From an uncultured delta proteobacterium (GTDB lineage: Bacteria; Desulfobacterota; Binatia; Binatales; Binataceae): 64,000 nucleotides of DNA. The notes under the pieces were generated by a model. It was not told the origin of the DNA, searched no databases, and worked only from the letters and a program-made list of their open reading frames with translations. The DNA is taken from the NCBI GenBank assembly GCA_963724765.1, contig CAVRVY010000004.1:320001-384000 (forward strand), read 5' to 3'. A program made the translations under genes and the position numbers. This document shows positions 9,588 through 19,419 of this stretch, in pieces; the first letter of the stretch is position 1, and every line of letters starts with the position of its first letter.

Positions 9588-11360
9588 GTGGAAACGTCTT
9601 CGCATGATGTTCTTCTGGTCGGTGGCGGCGGCGCCGCTTTGCGCGCCGCGATCGCCGTTTCCGAAATCAATCCCAAGCTCAGCGTCGCGGTGGTCTCCAA
9701 AGTCTACCCGATGCGCAGCCACACCGTGTCCGCCGAGGGCGGCGCCGCCGGCGTAATCGCCGAGGACGACACGCTCGACGAGCACGCCTACGACACCATC
9801 TCCGGCGGCGACTGGCTGAGCGATCAGGACGGCGTCGAGATCTTCGTCAACGAGGTCCCCAGGGAGCTGTTGCGGCTGGAGAACTGGGGATGCCCGTGGA
9901 GCAGGCGCGACGACGGCAAGGTCGCGGTGCGCCCGTTCGGCGGGATGAAGAAGATGCGCACATGGTTCGCCGCCGACAAGACCGGCTTCCACATGCTGCA
10001 CACGCTCTTCCAGACCTCGCTGCGCTATCCCGTCACGCGCTACGACGAGACCTTCGTCACCAAGCTGATGGTCGAGGGTGACCGCGTATGCGGCGTGGTC
10101 GCGATCGAGCTGAAGACCGGCAAGGTCCGCGTGATCACGGCCAAGGCGGTGATTATCTGCACCGGCGGATGCGGCCGGGTATTCCCCTACACCACCAACG
10201 CCAACATCTGCACCGGCGACGGGATGGCGCTGGCTTACGAGGCTGGCGCTCCGCTCAAGGACATGGAGATGGTGCAGTACCATCCCACCGGCCTGCCCTT
10301 CACCGGCATCCTGATAACCGAGGCCTCGCGCGCCGAGGGCGGCTTGCTCGTCAACAAGGACGGCTACCGTTACCTGCAGGACTACAATCTCGGCAAGCCA
10401 CAGAAGGAACCGGTGCTGCGCAGCATGGAGCTCGGCCCGCGCGATCGCCTCTCGCAGGCCTTCGTAAAGGAGATGGAGAAGGGGCGCACGATCAAGGGCC
10501 CCTACGGCGACGTGGTCCATCTCGACCTGCGCCATCTCGGCGAGGAAAAGATCAACGCCAAGCTCCCGATGGTGCGCGAGCTGTGCGTGAAATACGAGAA
10601 CATCGATCCGGTTCATGAGATGATTCCGGTGCGCCCGGTGCAGCATTACATGATGGGCGGCGTCCATACCGACACCAACGGCGCGACTCCGCTCAAGGGA
10701 CTGTACGCCGCGGGCGAGGCGGCCTGCGTAAGCCTCAACGGCGCCAACCGGCTGGGCTCGAACTCGCTCGGCGAGCTGCTGGTGTTCGGCGCGCGCGCCG
10801 GCCGGGCCGCGGCTGAGTACGCAAGCCAGACCTCGACCCCCGCGGCAAACCCGATACTGGCGCTCGGCTCCGACGAGGAGCGGCGAATCGAAACCCAGTA
10901 CCTGCTCAAGACCGGCGGGAGCGAGAAAATTTCGACGCTGCGCGAAGCGATGCAGCATACGATGGAAGCTGGCGCGGGCATCTACCGCGTCCGCGCCTCG
11001 CTGGCCGAGGCGGCGGGCAAGATCGCCGAAATGCAGGAGCGCTACAAGGCGATCTCGATGGAAGACCACAGCCTCGCCTTCAACACGCAGCTGGTCGCGG
11101 CGCTGGAGCTGGGCTTCCTGCTCGACGTCGCCGAGACCATCCTGCAATGCGCCCTGCAGCGCGAGGAGTCGCGCGGCGCCCATCAGCGCACCGATTTCCC
11201 CGAGCGCGACGACAAGAAATTTCTGGCCCATTCACTGGTGTCACGGGGAAAAGAAGGACGGCCGGTGGTTTCCTATCTGCCGGTAACGATCACGCGCTGG
11301 CCGCCGGGCAAGCGGGTATACGGAGAGCAAGCGACCGATGGCGGACACGATAGTCATTGA
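9588..11360 (+). CDS. frdA: Fumarate reductase flavoprotein subunit
   Basis: [17 protein letters not shown] covalent-FAD motif, [40 protein letters not shown]. Confidence 0.92.
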   Translation: METSSHDVLLVGGGGAALRAAIAVSEINPKLSVAVVSKVYPMRSHTVSAEGGAAGVIAEDDTLDEHAYDTISGGDWLSDQDGVEIFVNEVPRELLRLENWGCPWSRRDDGKVAVRPFGGMKKMRTWFAADKTGFHMLHTLFQTSLRYPVTRYDETFVTKLMVEGDRVCGVVAIELKTGKVRVITAKAVIICTGGCGRVFPYTTNANICTGDGMALAYEAGAPLKDMEMVQYHPTGLPFTGILITEASRAEGGLLVNKDGYRYLQDYNLGKPQKEPVLRSMELGPRDRLSQAFVKEMEKGRTIKGPYGDVVHLDLRHLGEEKINAKLPMVRELCVKYENIDPVHEMIPVRPVQHYMMGGVHTDTNGATPLKGLYAAGEAACVSLNGANRLGSNSLGELLVFGARAGRAAAEYASQTSTPAANPILALGSDEERRIETQYLLKTGGSEKISTLREAMQHTMEAGAGIYRVRASLAEAAGKIAEMQERYKAISMEDHSLAFNTQLVAALELGFLLDVAETILQCALQREESRGAHQRTDFPERDDKKFLAHSLVSRGKEGRPVVSYLPVTITRWPPGKRVYGEQATDGGHDSH

Positions 11361-12078
11361 GGTGGCGCGGTACTCGCCCGAGACCGACGCCGAGCCGCAC
11401 TTTCAAAGGTACGAGGTTCCGCTGCGCGGGGACTGGATGGTCCTCGACGCGCTGAACTACATCAAGGACAAGCTCGACGGCTCGCTCACTTACCGATGGT
11501 CGTGCCGGATGGGCATCTGCGGCAGTTGCGGGATGGTGGTTAACGGCTACGAGCGGCTGACCTGCGAGACCCTGCTCGCGCAGTTCGCGCCGGGGCCTGT
11601 GCGAGTCGAACCGCTGCGCCACTTCCCGATCGCGCGCGACCTCGTGATCGACATGACCGATTTCCTGGAGAAGCTGACCCGGGTCAAGCCATGGATCGTG
11701 CGCAAGGACAAGACGCCGCCGCCGCGCGAATACCTCCAGAGCCCAGAGCAGCTAGCCACCTTCAAGCAATACAGCAACTGCATCAATTGCATGCTTTGCT
11801 ACTCGGCCTGCCCAGTCTACGGAATCGATCCGCACTTCGTCGGCCCGGCCGCCCTCGCGCTGGCCGAGCGCTACAACCTGGACTCGCGCGACCAGGGCAG
11901 CGGCGAGCGGCTCGACATCCTCTCGCAACACGACGGCATCTGGGACTGCACCGTGATCGGCGAATGTTCGGTGGTCTGCCCCAAGGAGGTCGACCCGTCG
12001 CTGGCGATCCAGGAATTCAAGCTCACCGCCACCAAGGAATGGTACAAGTCCTTCCTGATGCCGTGGGGAGGCAAGTGA
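11338..12078 (+). CDS. frdB: Fumarate reductase iron-sulfur subunit
   Basis: [36 protein letters not shown]. Confidence 0.92.
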   Translation: MADTIVIEVARYSPETDAEPHFQRYEVPLRGDWMVLDALNYIKDKLDGSLTYRWSCRMGICGSCGMVVNGYERLTCETLLAQFAPGPVRVEPLRHFPIARDLVIDMTDFLEKLTRVKPWIVRKDKTPPPREYLQSPEQLATFKQYSNCINCMLCYSACPVYGIDPHFVGPAALALAERYNLDSRDQGSGERLDILSQHDGIWDCTVIGECSVVCPKEVDPSLAIQEFKLTATKEWYKSFLMPWGGK

Positions 12079-12082
12079 CACG

Positions 12083-12490
12083 ATGGCCTCGTACTCGCAA
12101 TCTGAACCCCGGGAGTATCACCGTTCCTTTTCGAATTGGTGGTGGCTCGGACGCCGCAACTACCTGATCTTCATCCTACGCGAGTTCTCGAGCGTCTTCG
12201 TCGCCTACTTCCTGGTCGTCACGCTGCTTCAGGTTTGTGCGCTGGCGCATGGACCCGAGGCCTACGCGGAGTTTCGACAATGGCTGCGCGAGCCCCTGAT
12301 GATTGTCGTCAACATCATCGCGCTCGCCTTCCTGGTCCTGCATACCATCACCTGGTCCAAGCTGGTGCCCAAAGCGTTTTACCCGCGCAGACACGGCCAT
12401 CCTCTGCCCGAGATGACGACCGCACTGCCGAGCTACATCCTGTGGGCGGTCGCCACGATAGTGGTGGCGGCCTTCATCCTGGGGGCCTAA
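12083..12490 (+). CDS. frdC: Fumarate reductase anchor subunit C
   Basis: NWW..Y..LRE, three TM helices, LHTITW. Confidence 0.88.
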   Translation: MASYSQSEPREYHRSFSNWWWLGRRNYLIFILREFSSVFVAYFLVVTLLQVCALAHGPEAYAEFRQWLREPLMIVVNIIALAFLVLHTITWSKLVPKAFYPRRHGHPLPEMTTALPSYILWAVATIVVAAFILGA

Positions 12491-12491
12491 G

Positions 12492-12842
12492 ATGACCAAG
12501 CGCGCCAACGAACCCGCGGTATGGTTCCTGTTCGGCACGGGCGGCTTCATCGCGGGCTACCTGCTGCCCATTCACATCCTGCTCTTCGGCATTCTGTTCC
12601 CGCTCGGGATCTTGACCGACCCGGGTTACGCGGCGACGCTTCACTTGTTCGAGCATCCGCTCGCGCGCCTGTACCTGGTGGTGTTGTGCTTCTTCGGCTT
12701 CTTTCACGCCGCACATCGGCTGCGCCTGACGCTGGTCGATTTCCTGCGCGTCAAGCATCTGGAAAACGTGCTCGGCTTGGTGCTGTATATCGCGGCGCTG
12801 GTGGGCACAGCATTCGCGATCTACCTAGCGATCGTCGTTTAG
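12492..12842 (+). CDS. frdD: Fumarate reductase anchor subunit D
   Basis: NEPAVWFLFGTGG, GILFPLG, FHAAHRL. Confidence 0.88.
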   Translation: MTKRANEPAVWFLFGTGGFIAGYLLPIHILLFGILFPLGILTDPGYAATLHLFEHPLARLYLVVLCFFGFFHAAHRLRLTLVDFLRVKHLENVLGLVLYIAALVGTAFAIYLAIVV

Positions 12843-12864
12843 GCGCGCACCGCGAGTGACGCAA

Positions 12865-12909
12865 GCGACGGCGGGGCGGGGCTGCGATGCAGCCCCGCCC
12901 CGCCGTCGC
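12865..12909 (+). terminator. Perfect 21-bp stem-loop after frdD
   Basis: GCGACGGCGGGGCGGGGCTGC-GAT-GCAGCCCCGCCCCGCCGTCGC followed by GTTT. Confidence 0.65.
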
Positions 12910-12946
12910 GTTTGGGCGGCCTGATCAGGGCACAACTGCCGCTCCA

Positions 12947-12964
12947 GCGCCAATATATTGTCAC
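12947..12964. promoter_or_regulatory. 18-bp imperfect palindrome, putative enhancer (UAS), copy A
   Basis: GCGCCAATATATTGTCAC; 16/18 match to the perfect dyad GTGACAATATATTGTCAC; repeated at 15368. Confidence 0.6.
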
Positions 12965-13025
12965 TCCCCTAGCCAATCCATTTCCTCTTCTCCGCGCAGA
13001 TCTTAGTTATTTCAATCTCATTTCT

Positions 13026-13042
13026 CGGGCACACAACGTGCA
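13026..13042 (+). promoter_or_regulatory. Putative sigma54 -24/-12 promoter, copy A
   Basis: cgGGCACACAACGTGCA = GG-N10-GC with the GGCAC core; conserved in copy B. Confidence 0.6.
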
Positions 13043-13255
13043 ACTGCTCGCGCCCGGTGGGTGCGCATTCGAGACACGCTGCGACGTGTCGGCGAAAAGC
13101 ATGGACGGGGGCCTTCACTTCAATAGTCAGTCGGGGCCGACGCGCTCGCGATGATTACTAATCGCGGGTATCGCGCGCTCAGCCATCGGGCCCGACGATG
13201 ACTTTTAACAAAGGCACGAATCGCCACGTAACCAAGTGATGAGGAGAGCAGGCGG

Positions 13256-15123
13256 ATGCGCAAGGGCAAACTCAACAGAATATGGTTCATGGCGTTGCCC
13301 ATGTTCGTTTTTATGGTCTTCATGACGGCGTGCAGCGGCGGCCATAATGGAAATGAAGGACCGCATCCATCGCCCCCAACTGCCACCGTCATTCCAACTG
13401 CCACCGTCATCCCGACTGCGACTGTCGCTCCGACTGCCACCGCCACCGCTACTGGCACCGCAACTGCCACCCCCACCGCGACCCCAACCCCGGTGGCACC
13501 CACGGTGATTTCGGTCGACCCTCCCATCGTAGGCTGTGGGGGGCAGGGGATGCCTGTCAATCGGAAAGTCACCGCGACCTTCAGTGAAGCGATGAAGCTC
13601 TCAACCATCACCGAATCAACCTTCACGGTGACTGGGCCTGGCCTGACTCCCGTTGCCGGAACTGTTACCTATGATGCGACCAACCACATCGCGATCTTCG
13701 CACCACCTGGCACTTTCGCAGCCGGCACAGAATTTACTGCGACGATTACAACCGGGGCTCAGAGTCTGGCAGGCGCTCCGTGGCGGCCAACTTCGTGTGG
13801 ACCTTCACAACCGGTGCGAGCTCTGACACGACCGATCCAACGGTGACCTCCACTAACCCCGCCAATCTTGCCGTCGATGTGGCCACCAATCAGAAGATCA
13901 CCGCAACCTTCAACGAAGGGATGAATTCTTCAACCCTCACCGCCGCGACCTTTACTTTGACCGGACCTGGCGCAACACCCATTCCAGGCACGGTGACCTA
14001 CACTACCATTGGTACAAGTGCGACGTTTAAGCCGAGCAGCGCTCTCGCATCCAATACTCTGTTTACGGCGAAGATTACCACGAGCGTCAAGGGTCTCGTC
14101 GGAAATCCGTTGGCAAGCGCGTTTACCTGGAGCTTTACCACCGGTGCGATCCCCGACAGCACCGCACCCACAGTGAGCTCCACGACCCCTACCGATGGCG
14201 CCACGGGTGTGTCCCTCAGCGCTGCAGCCAACGCAACGTTCAGCGAGGCGATGGACCCTGCAACCATCACCACCGCGACGTTTGCGGTTACTGGGCCTGA
14301 CACGACTCCCGTAACAGGAAAAGTCTCTTATGATGTGTCGTCCCAGATCGCGACCTTTACTCCTGCAAGCGCTCTCGCAGCCAGCACGACATTTACCGCC
14401 ACGATTACAACCGGAGGCAAAGACCTGGCAGGCAATGCACTGACGAGTGACTTTGTATGGAGCTTTACCACCGGTTCAACAGCGGGTCCGGCACCGATAG
14501 ACCTCGGGGCAGCGAGTAGTTTCGCGGTTCTGGCTCAAGCCACAGTCACCAACGCCGGCCCGACTGTGCTTGATGGAGATCTTGGATTGAATCCCGGGGG
14601 CTCGGTGACCGGATTTCCACCGGGAACAGTGAACGGGACAATTCAAATTGACAATGCTCCTGCAATCGCGGGCATTGCCTCTCTGATGACCGCGTACAAC
14701 ACCGGGATCTTGCTACCAGCAGGAACCGCAGTGTCGGGCGATATTGGCGGGCAAGTCCTTCCCCCCGGCCTCTACACGGCTCCGACATCACTGTTCATAA
14801 CGTCGGGGGATCTCACTCTCGACGCCCATGGCGACGCGAATGCAATCTGGATCTTCCAGATCGGGTCCACCCTAATAACCACCACCGACGTCGGCAATGT
14901 TATACTGGCCAACGGCGCGCAAGCTTCCAATGTCTTTTGGCTGGTCGGCAGTTCGGCGACGATTGGCATCGGAACTACGTTCCAGGGAACCATCCTGGCT
15001 AATACGTCAATTACGGTGACGACCGGCGCAACGCTGAACGGCAGAGCGTTGGCAGGTGCCGTCGCTTCGAGTGGCGCGGTCACCTTGGACACCAACAGTT
15101 TCACGCTGCCCGTCTGTCATTGA
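13256..15123 (+). pseudogene. Lipoprotein with Pro/Thr/Ala linker, 3 Ig-like (Big_5-type) repeats and a DUF3494 ice-binding domain; 1-nt frameshift at about 13781 (real or sequencing error)
   Basis: Lipobox MTAC; repeats [15 protein letters not shown]; [48 protein letters not shown]; ORFs 13256-13846 and 13780-15123 join as GAP(L)AANFVW. Confidence 0.85.
13367..13495 (+). repeat. Pro/Thr/Ala low-complexity linker (PTATVI x2, TATA, TPTP)
   Basis: Translation [44 protein letters not shown]. Confidence 0.85.
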
Positions 15124-15164
15124 TGAGGCATTGGGTGTGAGCGCAGGATGAGCGGTGCTCGAGA

Positions 15165-15200
15165 ACGTGGAAGCGGGGCTCTTTTGCCCCGCTCCCACGT
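15165..15200 (+). terminator. Stem-loop after the first ice-binding gene
   Basis: ACGTGGAAGCGGGGC-TCTTTT-GCCCCGCTCCCACGT; no clear U tail. Confidence 0.5.
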
Positions 15201-15367
15201 CGTGCCCAGCCACACCAATTTAGACTCTATGAGCGGCGTATCGCATCTCATCACGTCCGACAAATCAGGATACTATCCGCGCGCCAAGGGTCAGATCAGG
15301 GTGGTTACCCAGTAGTCCACCTCGGCCGGGCCACGGTGGCTTGATCGGTGCATATCCTGCCGCTCCA

Positions 15368-15385
15368 GCGGCAATATATTGTCAC
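15368..15385. promoter_or_regulatory. 18-bp imperfect palindrome, putative enhancer (UAS), copy B
   Basis: GCGGCAATATATTGTCAC. Confidence 0.6.
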
Positions 15386-15473
15386 TGCCCGATAGGTTTG
15401 CGGCCGGCTTTTAGTCACTAGCCAGTCCGTTTCCTCTTCGCCGCGCAAATCGAACTTATTTCACGTCGTCTCC

Positions 15474-15490
15474 TGGGCACGCAACGTGCT
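15474..15490 (+). promoter_or_regulatory. Putative sigma54 -24/-12 promoter, copy B
   Basis: tgGGCACGCAACGTGCT = GG-N10-GC. Confidence 0.6.
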
Positions 15491-15688
15491 CCAAACCAGT
15501 TCCTTCCGCCATCGCGGCGCGCGCCGTGTGGTCAGGAAGCATCCGAGGCGGAGCTTCGCCTCAATAATCAGTCGGGGCCCGCGCGATCGCGATGATGACT
15601 CATCGCACGCATCGCGCGTTCAACTACCTGGTCCGCGGCGACGCGCCCGTCGCACGCGTGGCCATGCGGTTTGCAAGGGCAGGAACCC

Positions 15689-18082
15689 ATGTCATCAAAT
15701 GCGGAGCGAAGCACGCGGATATGCAAGAGCAAACTTCTCCAGGCGTGGTCCATGGCCTTGCTGATATCCGTCTTTATGCCCTTCGTTGCCGCTTGTGGCA
15801 AAAGTAGCGAACGCGCAGGGCCCACTCCACCGCTCCCAACCGTTACTGCCACCCCGATCACTCCAACTGCCACCGCTACTCCAACCGCAACTGCCTCACC
15901 CACTGTCACCCCAACCCCGGTTCCGAGTCGTACGCCAACGCCTACGCCAATTCCGACGCTGACTCCGACCCCAACTCCAACTCCGACGCCAACGCGGACA
16001 CCGACGCCGACGCCAATTCCGATAACAACTTCAACACCAACGCCAACACCGACACCGACTCCAACTTCAACTCCAGCCCCGACTCCAACACCAATTCCGA
16101 CCCCGACTCCGACGCCAGTCCTGACCCCGACCCCGACCGCCACCCCAACACCCGCCTCGCCTACCGTGACTTCAACGGTCCCGGCTGAGGCTGCCTCCGG
16201 AGTGCCGGTCAGCAGCGCCGTCTCCGCGAGCTTCAGTACGGCGATGGATGCCGCAACCCTCGACGCAACAACCTTTACGGTGACAGGACCCGGCGGAGTT
16301 GGAGTAGCGGGAACCGTCGCCTATGACGCGCCAACCAACACTGCGACCTTTACGCCGTCGAGCAGTCTGGCGCCCAACGTCACCTTCACGGCCACGATTA
16401 CCACCGGAGCCGAGGACGCCGCACACGACGCGCTGGCGAGCGACTTTGTTTGGAGCTTCACGACCCTTGCGCCCACGGTGACATTTACGACTCCAGCCAA
16501 CGGCGCCACAGGTGTGCCGCTCAACCAGAACGTCACCGCCACCTTTAGCGAGGCCATGGACCAGACCACCATCAACACGACCACCTTTACGCTGACAGGA
16601 CCCGACGCCAGCCCAGTCAGCGGCAACGTGAGTTACGTTGCGAACGGCTCGGCAGCGATCTTTGCGCCAACAGATGCGCTCGCTGGCAGCACCACGTACA
16701 CGGCCACGATTACAACCGGCGCCACCGACACGACGACCAATCCGCTTGTGACCAGCTTCGTATGGAGCTTTACTACCGGCGCGGCTCCGGTAGCTATTCA
16801 TCCGGACGTGACTTCAGAGGCACCACCCGTTGACGGATCCGTACTTGTACCGATCAACACCCGGCTCACCGCAACGTTTAGCGAGGCGATGGAGCCGGCA
16901 ACTATCGACGCAACAACCTTTACCGTGCAAGGACCCGGCATAACGCCGGTTTCAGGCGCCGTGAGCTATGCTGACGGAGGCGCGACCGCGACCTTCGCCC
17001 CAGCAGGGAATCTCGCCGACAGCACCACGTATACTGCCACGATTACAACCGGCGCCACCGACACGGCAGGGAATGCGCTGTTAAATGACTTCGTATGGAC
17101 TTTTACAACCGGCACCGCTTCAGACACGATCATCCCGACCGTGCTCTCCACGAACCCGGCTGCCGCCGAAACCAGTGTGTGCCTCAACCAAAGCGTGAAT
17201 GCCACTTTCAGTAAGGCGATGGACCCGACGACCATCAACAGCGCAAACTTCACAGTGACAGGACCGGGCGTCTCTCTCGTGACCGGAACGGTTTCCTACG
17301 ATCCGGTAAATTTCATCGCGACCTTTACTCCACAGAGCGAGCTCGCTGCGAATACCCAATTTGTTGCGATGATTGCCACCGGGGTCAAAGACACGGCCGG
17401 CAATGCACTGGCTAGTAACTTCGTATGGAGCTTTACAACCGGAGCAACATCGACACCGTCATGTCAGGCGACGGTGCCTCTTGGAGCGGCGGGCACATTC
17501 GCGGTTCTGGCCGGCTCGACGGCTACCAATAGTGGCCTTACTATGGTTATCGGGGATATTGGTGTGAGCCCTGGAACGGCGGTGACCGGGTTCCCGCCCG
17601 GAATACAGAACGGGACGATGCACGATGGCGATGCGGTCGCCGCCCAGGCCAAAGTGGACCTTGCCACGGCGATTAGCCTGGCCACGGACCGTTCCAATCC
17701 TGGGCTCTTGCCGATCGAGATAGGCGGACTCACTTACACGCCTGGCGTCTATATGGCCGGAGCCGCACTTGGCATAACCACAGGGAACCTCACTCTCGAC
17801 GCGCAGGGCGATGCGAACGCCGTCTTTATTTTTCAGATAGGGTCGTCACTTACGACGTCAACATCAAACCAGATTATCCTGGCCGGCGGCGCCAAGCCCG
17901 CCAACATCTTTTGGCTAGTGGGCAGTTCGGCGACTCTTGGAGGAGGCTCCATCTTCCAGGGGAATATACTGTCGGCGGTGTCGATCACCGTAAATTCGGG
18001 TGCAACGATTAACGGCAGACTACTGGCACAGAGCGGCGCGATCACCCTATTGACTAATGCCGTCACAATACCCGGCCCGTAG
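15689..18082 (+). CDS. Lipoprotein with long (Pro-Thr)n stalk, 4 Ig-like (Big_5-type) repeats and a DUF3494 ice-binding domain
   Basis: Lipobox VAAC; about 100-aa TP repeat; four ATFSxAM..FVWSFTT repeats; [62 protein letters not shown]. Confidence 0.9.
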   Translation: MSSNAERSTRICKSKLLQAWSMALLISVFMPFVAACGKSSERAGPTPPLPTVTATPITPTATATPTATASPTVTPTPVPSRTPTPTPIPTLTPTPTPTPTPTRTPTPTPIPITTSTPTPTPTPTPTSTPAPTPTPIPTPTPTPVLTPTPTATPTPASPTVTSTVPAEAASGVPVSSAVSASFSTAMDAATLDATTFTVTGPGGVGVAGTVAYDAPTNTATFTPSSSLAPNVTFTATITTGAEDAAHDALASDFVWSFTTLAPTVTFTTPANGATGVPLNQNVTATFSEAMDQTTINTTTFTLTGPDASPVSGNVSYVANGSAAIFAPTDALAGSTTYTATITTGATDTTTNPLVTSFVWSFTTGAAPVAIHPDVTSEAPPVDGSVLVPINTRLTATFSEAMEPATIDATTFTVQGPGITPVSGAVSYADGGATATFAPAGNLADSTTYTATITTGATDTAGNALLNDFVWTFTTGTASDTIIPTVLSTNPAAAETSVCLNQSVNATFSKAMDPTTINSANFTVTGPGVSLVTGTVSYDPVNFIATFTPQSELAANTQFVAMIATGVKDTAGNALASNFVWSFTTGATSTPSCQATVPLGAAGTFAVLAGSTATNSGLTMVIGDIGVSPGTAVTGFPPGIQNGTMHDGDAVAAQAKVDLATAISLATDRSNPGLLPIEIGGLTYTPGVYMAGAALGITTGNLTLDAQGDANAVFIFQIGSSLTTSTSNQIILAGGAKPANIFWLVGSSATLGGGSIFQGNILSAVSITVNSGATINGRLLAQSGAITLLTNAVTIPGP
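15821..16153 (+). repeat. (Pro-Thr)n coding repeat with diversified synonymous codons
   Basis: ACN-CCN hexamer repeats with varying third positions. Confidence 0.9.
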
Positions 18083-18196
18083 AGCGATAGCGTGCGGACT
18101 TCTACGCCGACTTGCTGTAACGCAGTATCGACAAGTCTTTCTTGCTGAGTTACCACCGTTGATGCCATCGCTAAATGGCGGCGCATGCGGACAAGG

Positions 18197-19039
18197 TCAC
18201 CGGCCTTTGGTTTCGGGCACGCCGATGCCCGCGAGAAAATCGGTGCGCGCCTTCATCGCATCCTCAGCCACGGCTTTGTTGTACGCGTTCATCGTGACGC
18301 GCGCGTCCTCGGTGCACATCACGTCGCGCATCTCGGCGCGCTCGATATAAAGTCCCTCGGCCAGCGGCAGGTCAGCGCCGAGGTAGACTGCACGCTTGAT
18401 CGCGGCGACCGAGCGCGGCGCGCGTTTGGCCAGCGTCCGCGCCCACCCCAACGCGAACGACATCAGCGTGTCCGGCGCGAGCACGCGGTTGACCATACCC
18501 ATCCGTTCGGCGTCGCGTGGCGAATAAACGTTGCCGAACAACATCACCTCGAGCGCCTTTGCCCGCCCGATCAGCCGTGGCAGCCGCTGCGTCCCGCTGC
18601 CACCCGGCAGAATGCCGAGCACCGCCTCGGGCAGCCCGATTTGGTACGGCCCGTCGGCCGCGAGGCGGAAGTCGCAGGCCAGCGAAAGTTCGTAGCCGCC
18701 GCCCATGCAGTCGCCGTTGATCGCCGCAATTACCGCCTTGGGCATCAGCATGATGCGGTCGAGCATCCGATGGTACCCGAGCTCCATCTCGGGGAAGATG
18801 CGGGCGCACTCGGCCGGATCGGCGGCCATCTGCGCCAGCTCGTCGACGCTGTAGTGGGTGATGAACTTGCCTTCGATTCCGCCGGTCAAAATGATGGCGC
18901 GGAGCTCGGCGTCGGCTTCGGCCTTGCCGATGAGCTCAAGCAGCTCGCCGGCGCCTGGCCCGATGAAGTAGTTCATCGGCGGATTGCGATAGGTCCACAC
19001 CTCGACGCGATCGTGACGCTCGACGGTCCAGTGTTTCAT
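18197..19039 (-). CDS. Enoyl-CoA hydratase/isomerase family protein
   Basis: AAINGDCMGGGYELSLACDFR, GLPEAVLGILPGGSGTQRL. Confidence 0.9.
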   Translation of the reverse strand: MKHWTVERHDRVEVWTYRNPPMNYFIGPGAGELLELIGKAEADAELRAIILTGGIEGKFITHYSVDELAQMAADPAECARIFPEMELGYHRMLDRIMLMPKAVIAAINGDCMGGGYELSLACDFRLAADGPYQIGLPEAVLGILPGGSGTQRLPRLIGRAKALEVMLFGNVYSPRDAERMGMVNRVLAPDTLMSFALGWARTLAKRAPRSVAAIKRAVYLGADLPLAEGLYIERAEMRDVMCTEDARVTMNAYNKAVAEDAMKARTDFLAGIGVPETKGR

Positions 19040-19158
19040 GACATATCTCCTCGCCGCTGGCCTAGCTTGCGGGCGCTTCGGCTGTCAAGGCGATTGGGAG
19101 TAGAGTAGTCGCATGGTGCGTGCTCTGACTACCAAACGGCCGACGACGAGGCAAAATC

Positions 19159-19419
19159 ATGAAAGTTGATATCGACCTCAAGGCCGGCTTCCTGCAGAAC
19201 CTCAAGCGCGAGGTGCTGGCGCAGCTCACGCCCGAGGAGCGCGCAGTTATCGAGGTTTCGACCGGAGAGATGGGCAACAAGCCCGATGCGGTCAAGCTCG
19301 GATGGCTCAAGATGCGCACCAAGGAGGGCTGGACCAAGCAGCGCTACACCCGCGCACTGGACCGCGTGATGACGCGGCTTAGGGAACTGGTGGCGGCGGA
19401 ATCGGCGAAGAAGGAATGA
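19159..19419 (+). CDS. Small hypothetical protein with sigma70 region-4-like signature
   Basis: GAGG RBS; genome-like codon use; LAQLTPEERAVIEV..RALDRVMTRLR. Confidence 0.6.
   Translation: MKVDIDLKAGFLQNLKREVLAQLTPEERAVIEVSTGEMGNKPDAVKLGWLKMRTKEGWTKQRYTRALDRVMTRLRELVAAESAKKE

Noticed and set aside
9393-11231. Long antisense ORFs (also 2864-4156, 48262-49764, 42139-43791, 59456-61075)
   Set aside because: Shadow frames of well-supported genes in high-GC DNA; no motifs
13258-13290. GGGCAAAC as the start of a c-di-GMP-I riboswitch
   Set aside because: Lies in coding sequence and lacks the GAAA tetraloop stem and GCAAAG elements
15368-15390. Resemblance of GGCAATATATTGT to a T-DNA border or oriT nick site
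   Set aside because: The CAGGATATAT core is not matched and no relaxase is present; the dyad reading fits better
15568-16143. (Gly-Val)n ORF on the minus strand
   Set aside because: Antisense mirror of the Pro-Thr repeat
15821-16153. Repeats as a CRISPR array
   Set aside because: Hexamer coding repeat without spacers; no cas genes
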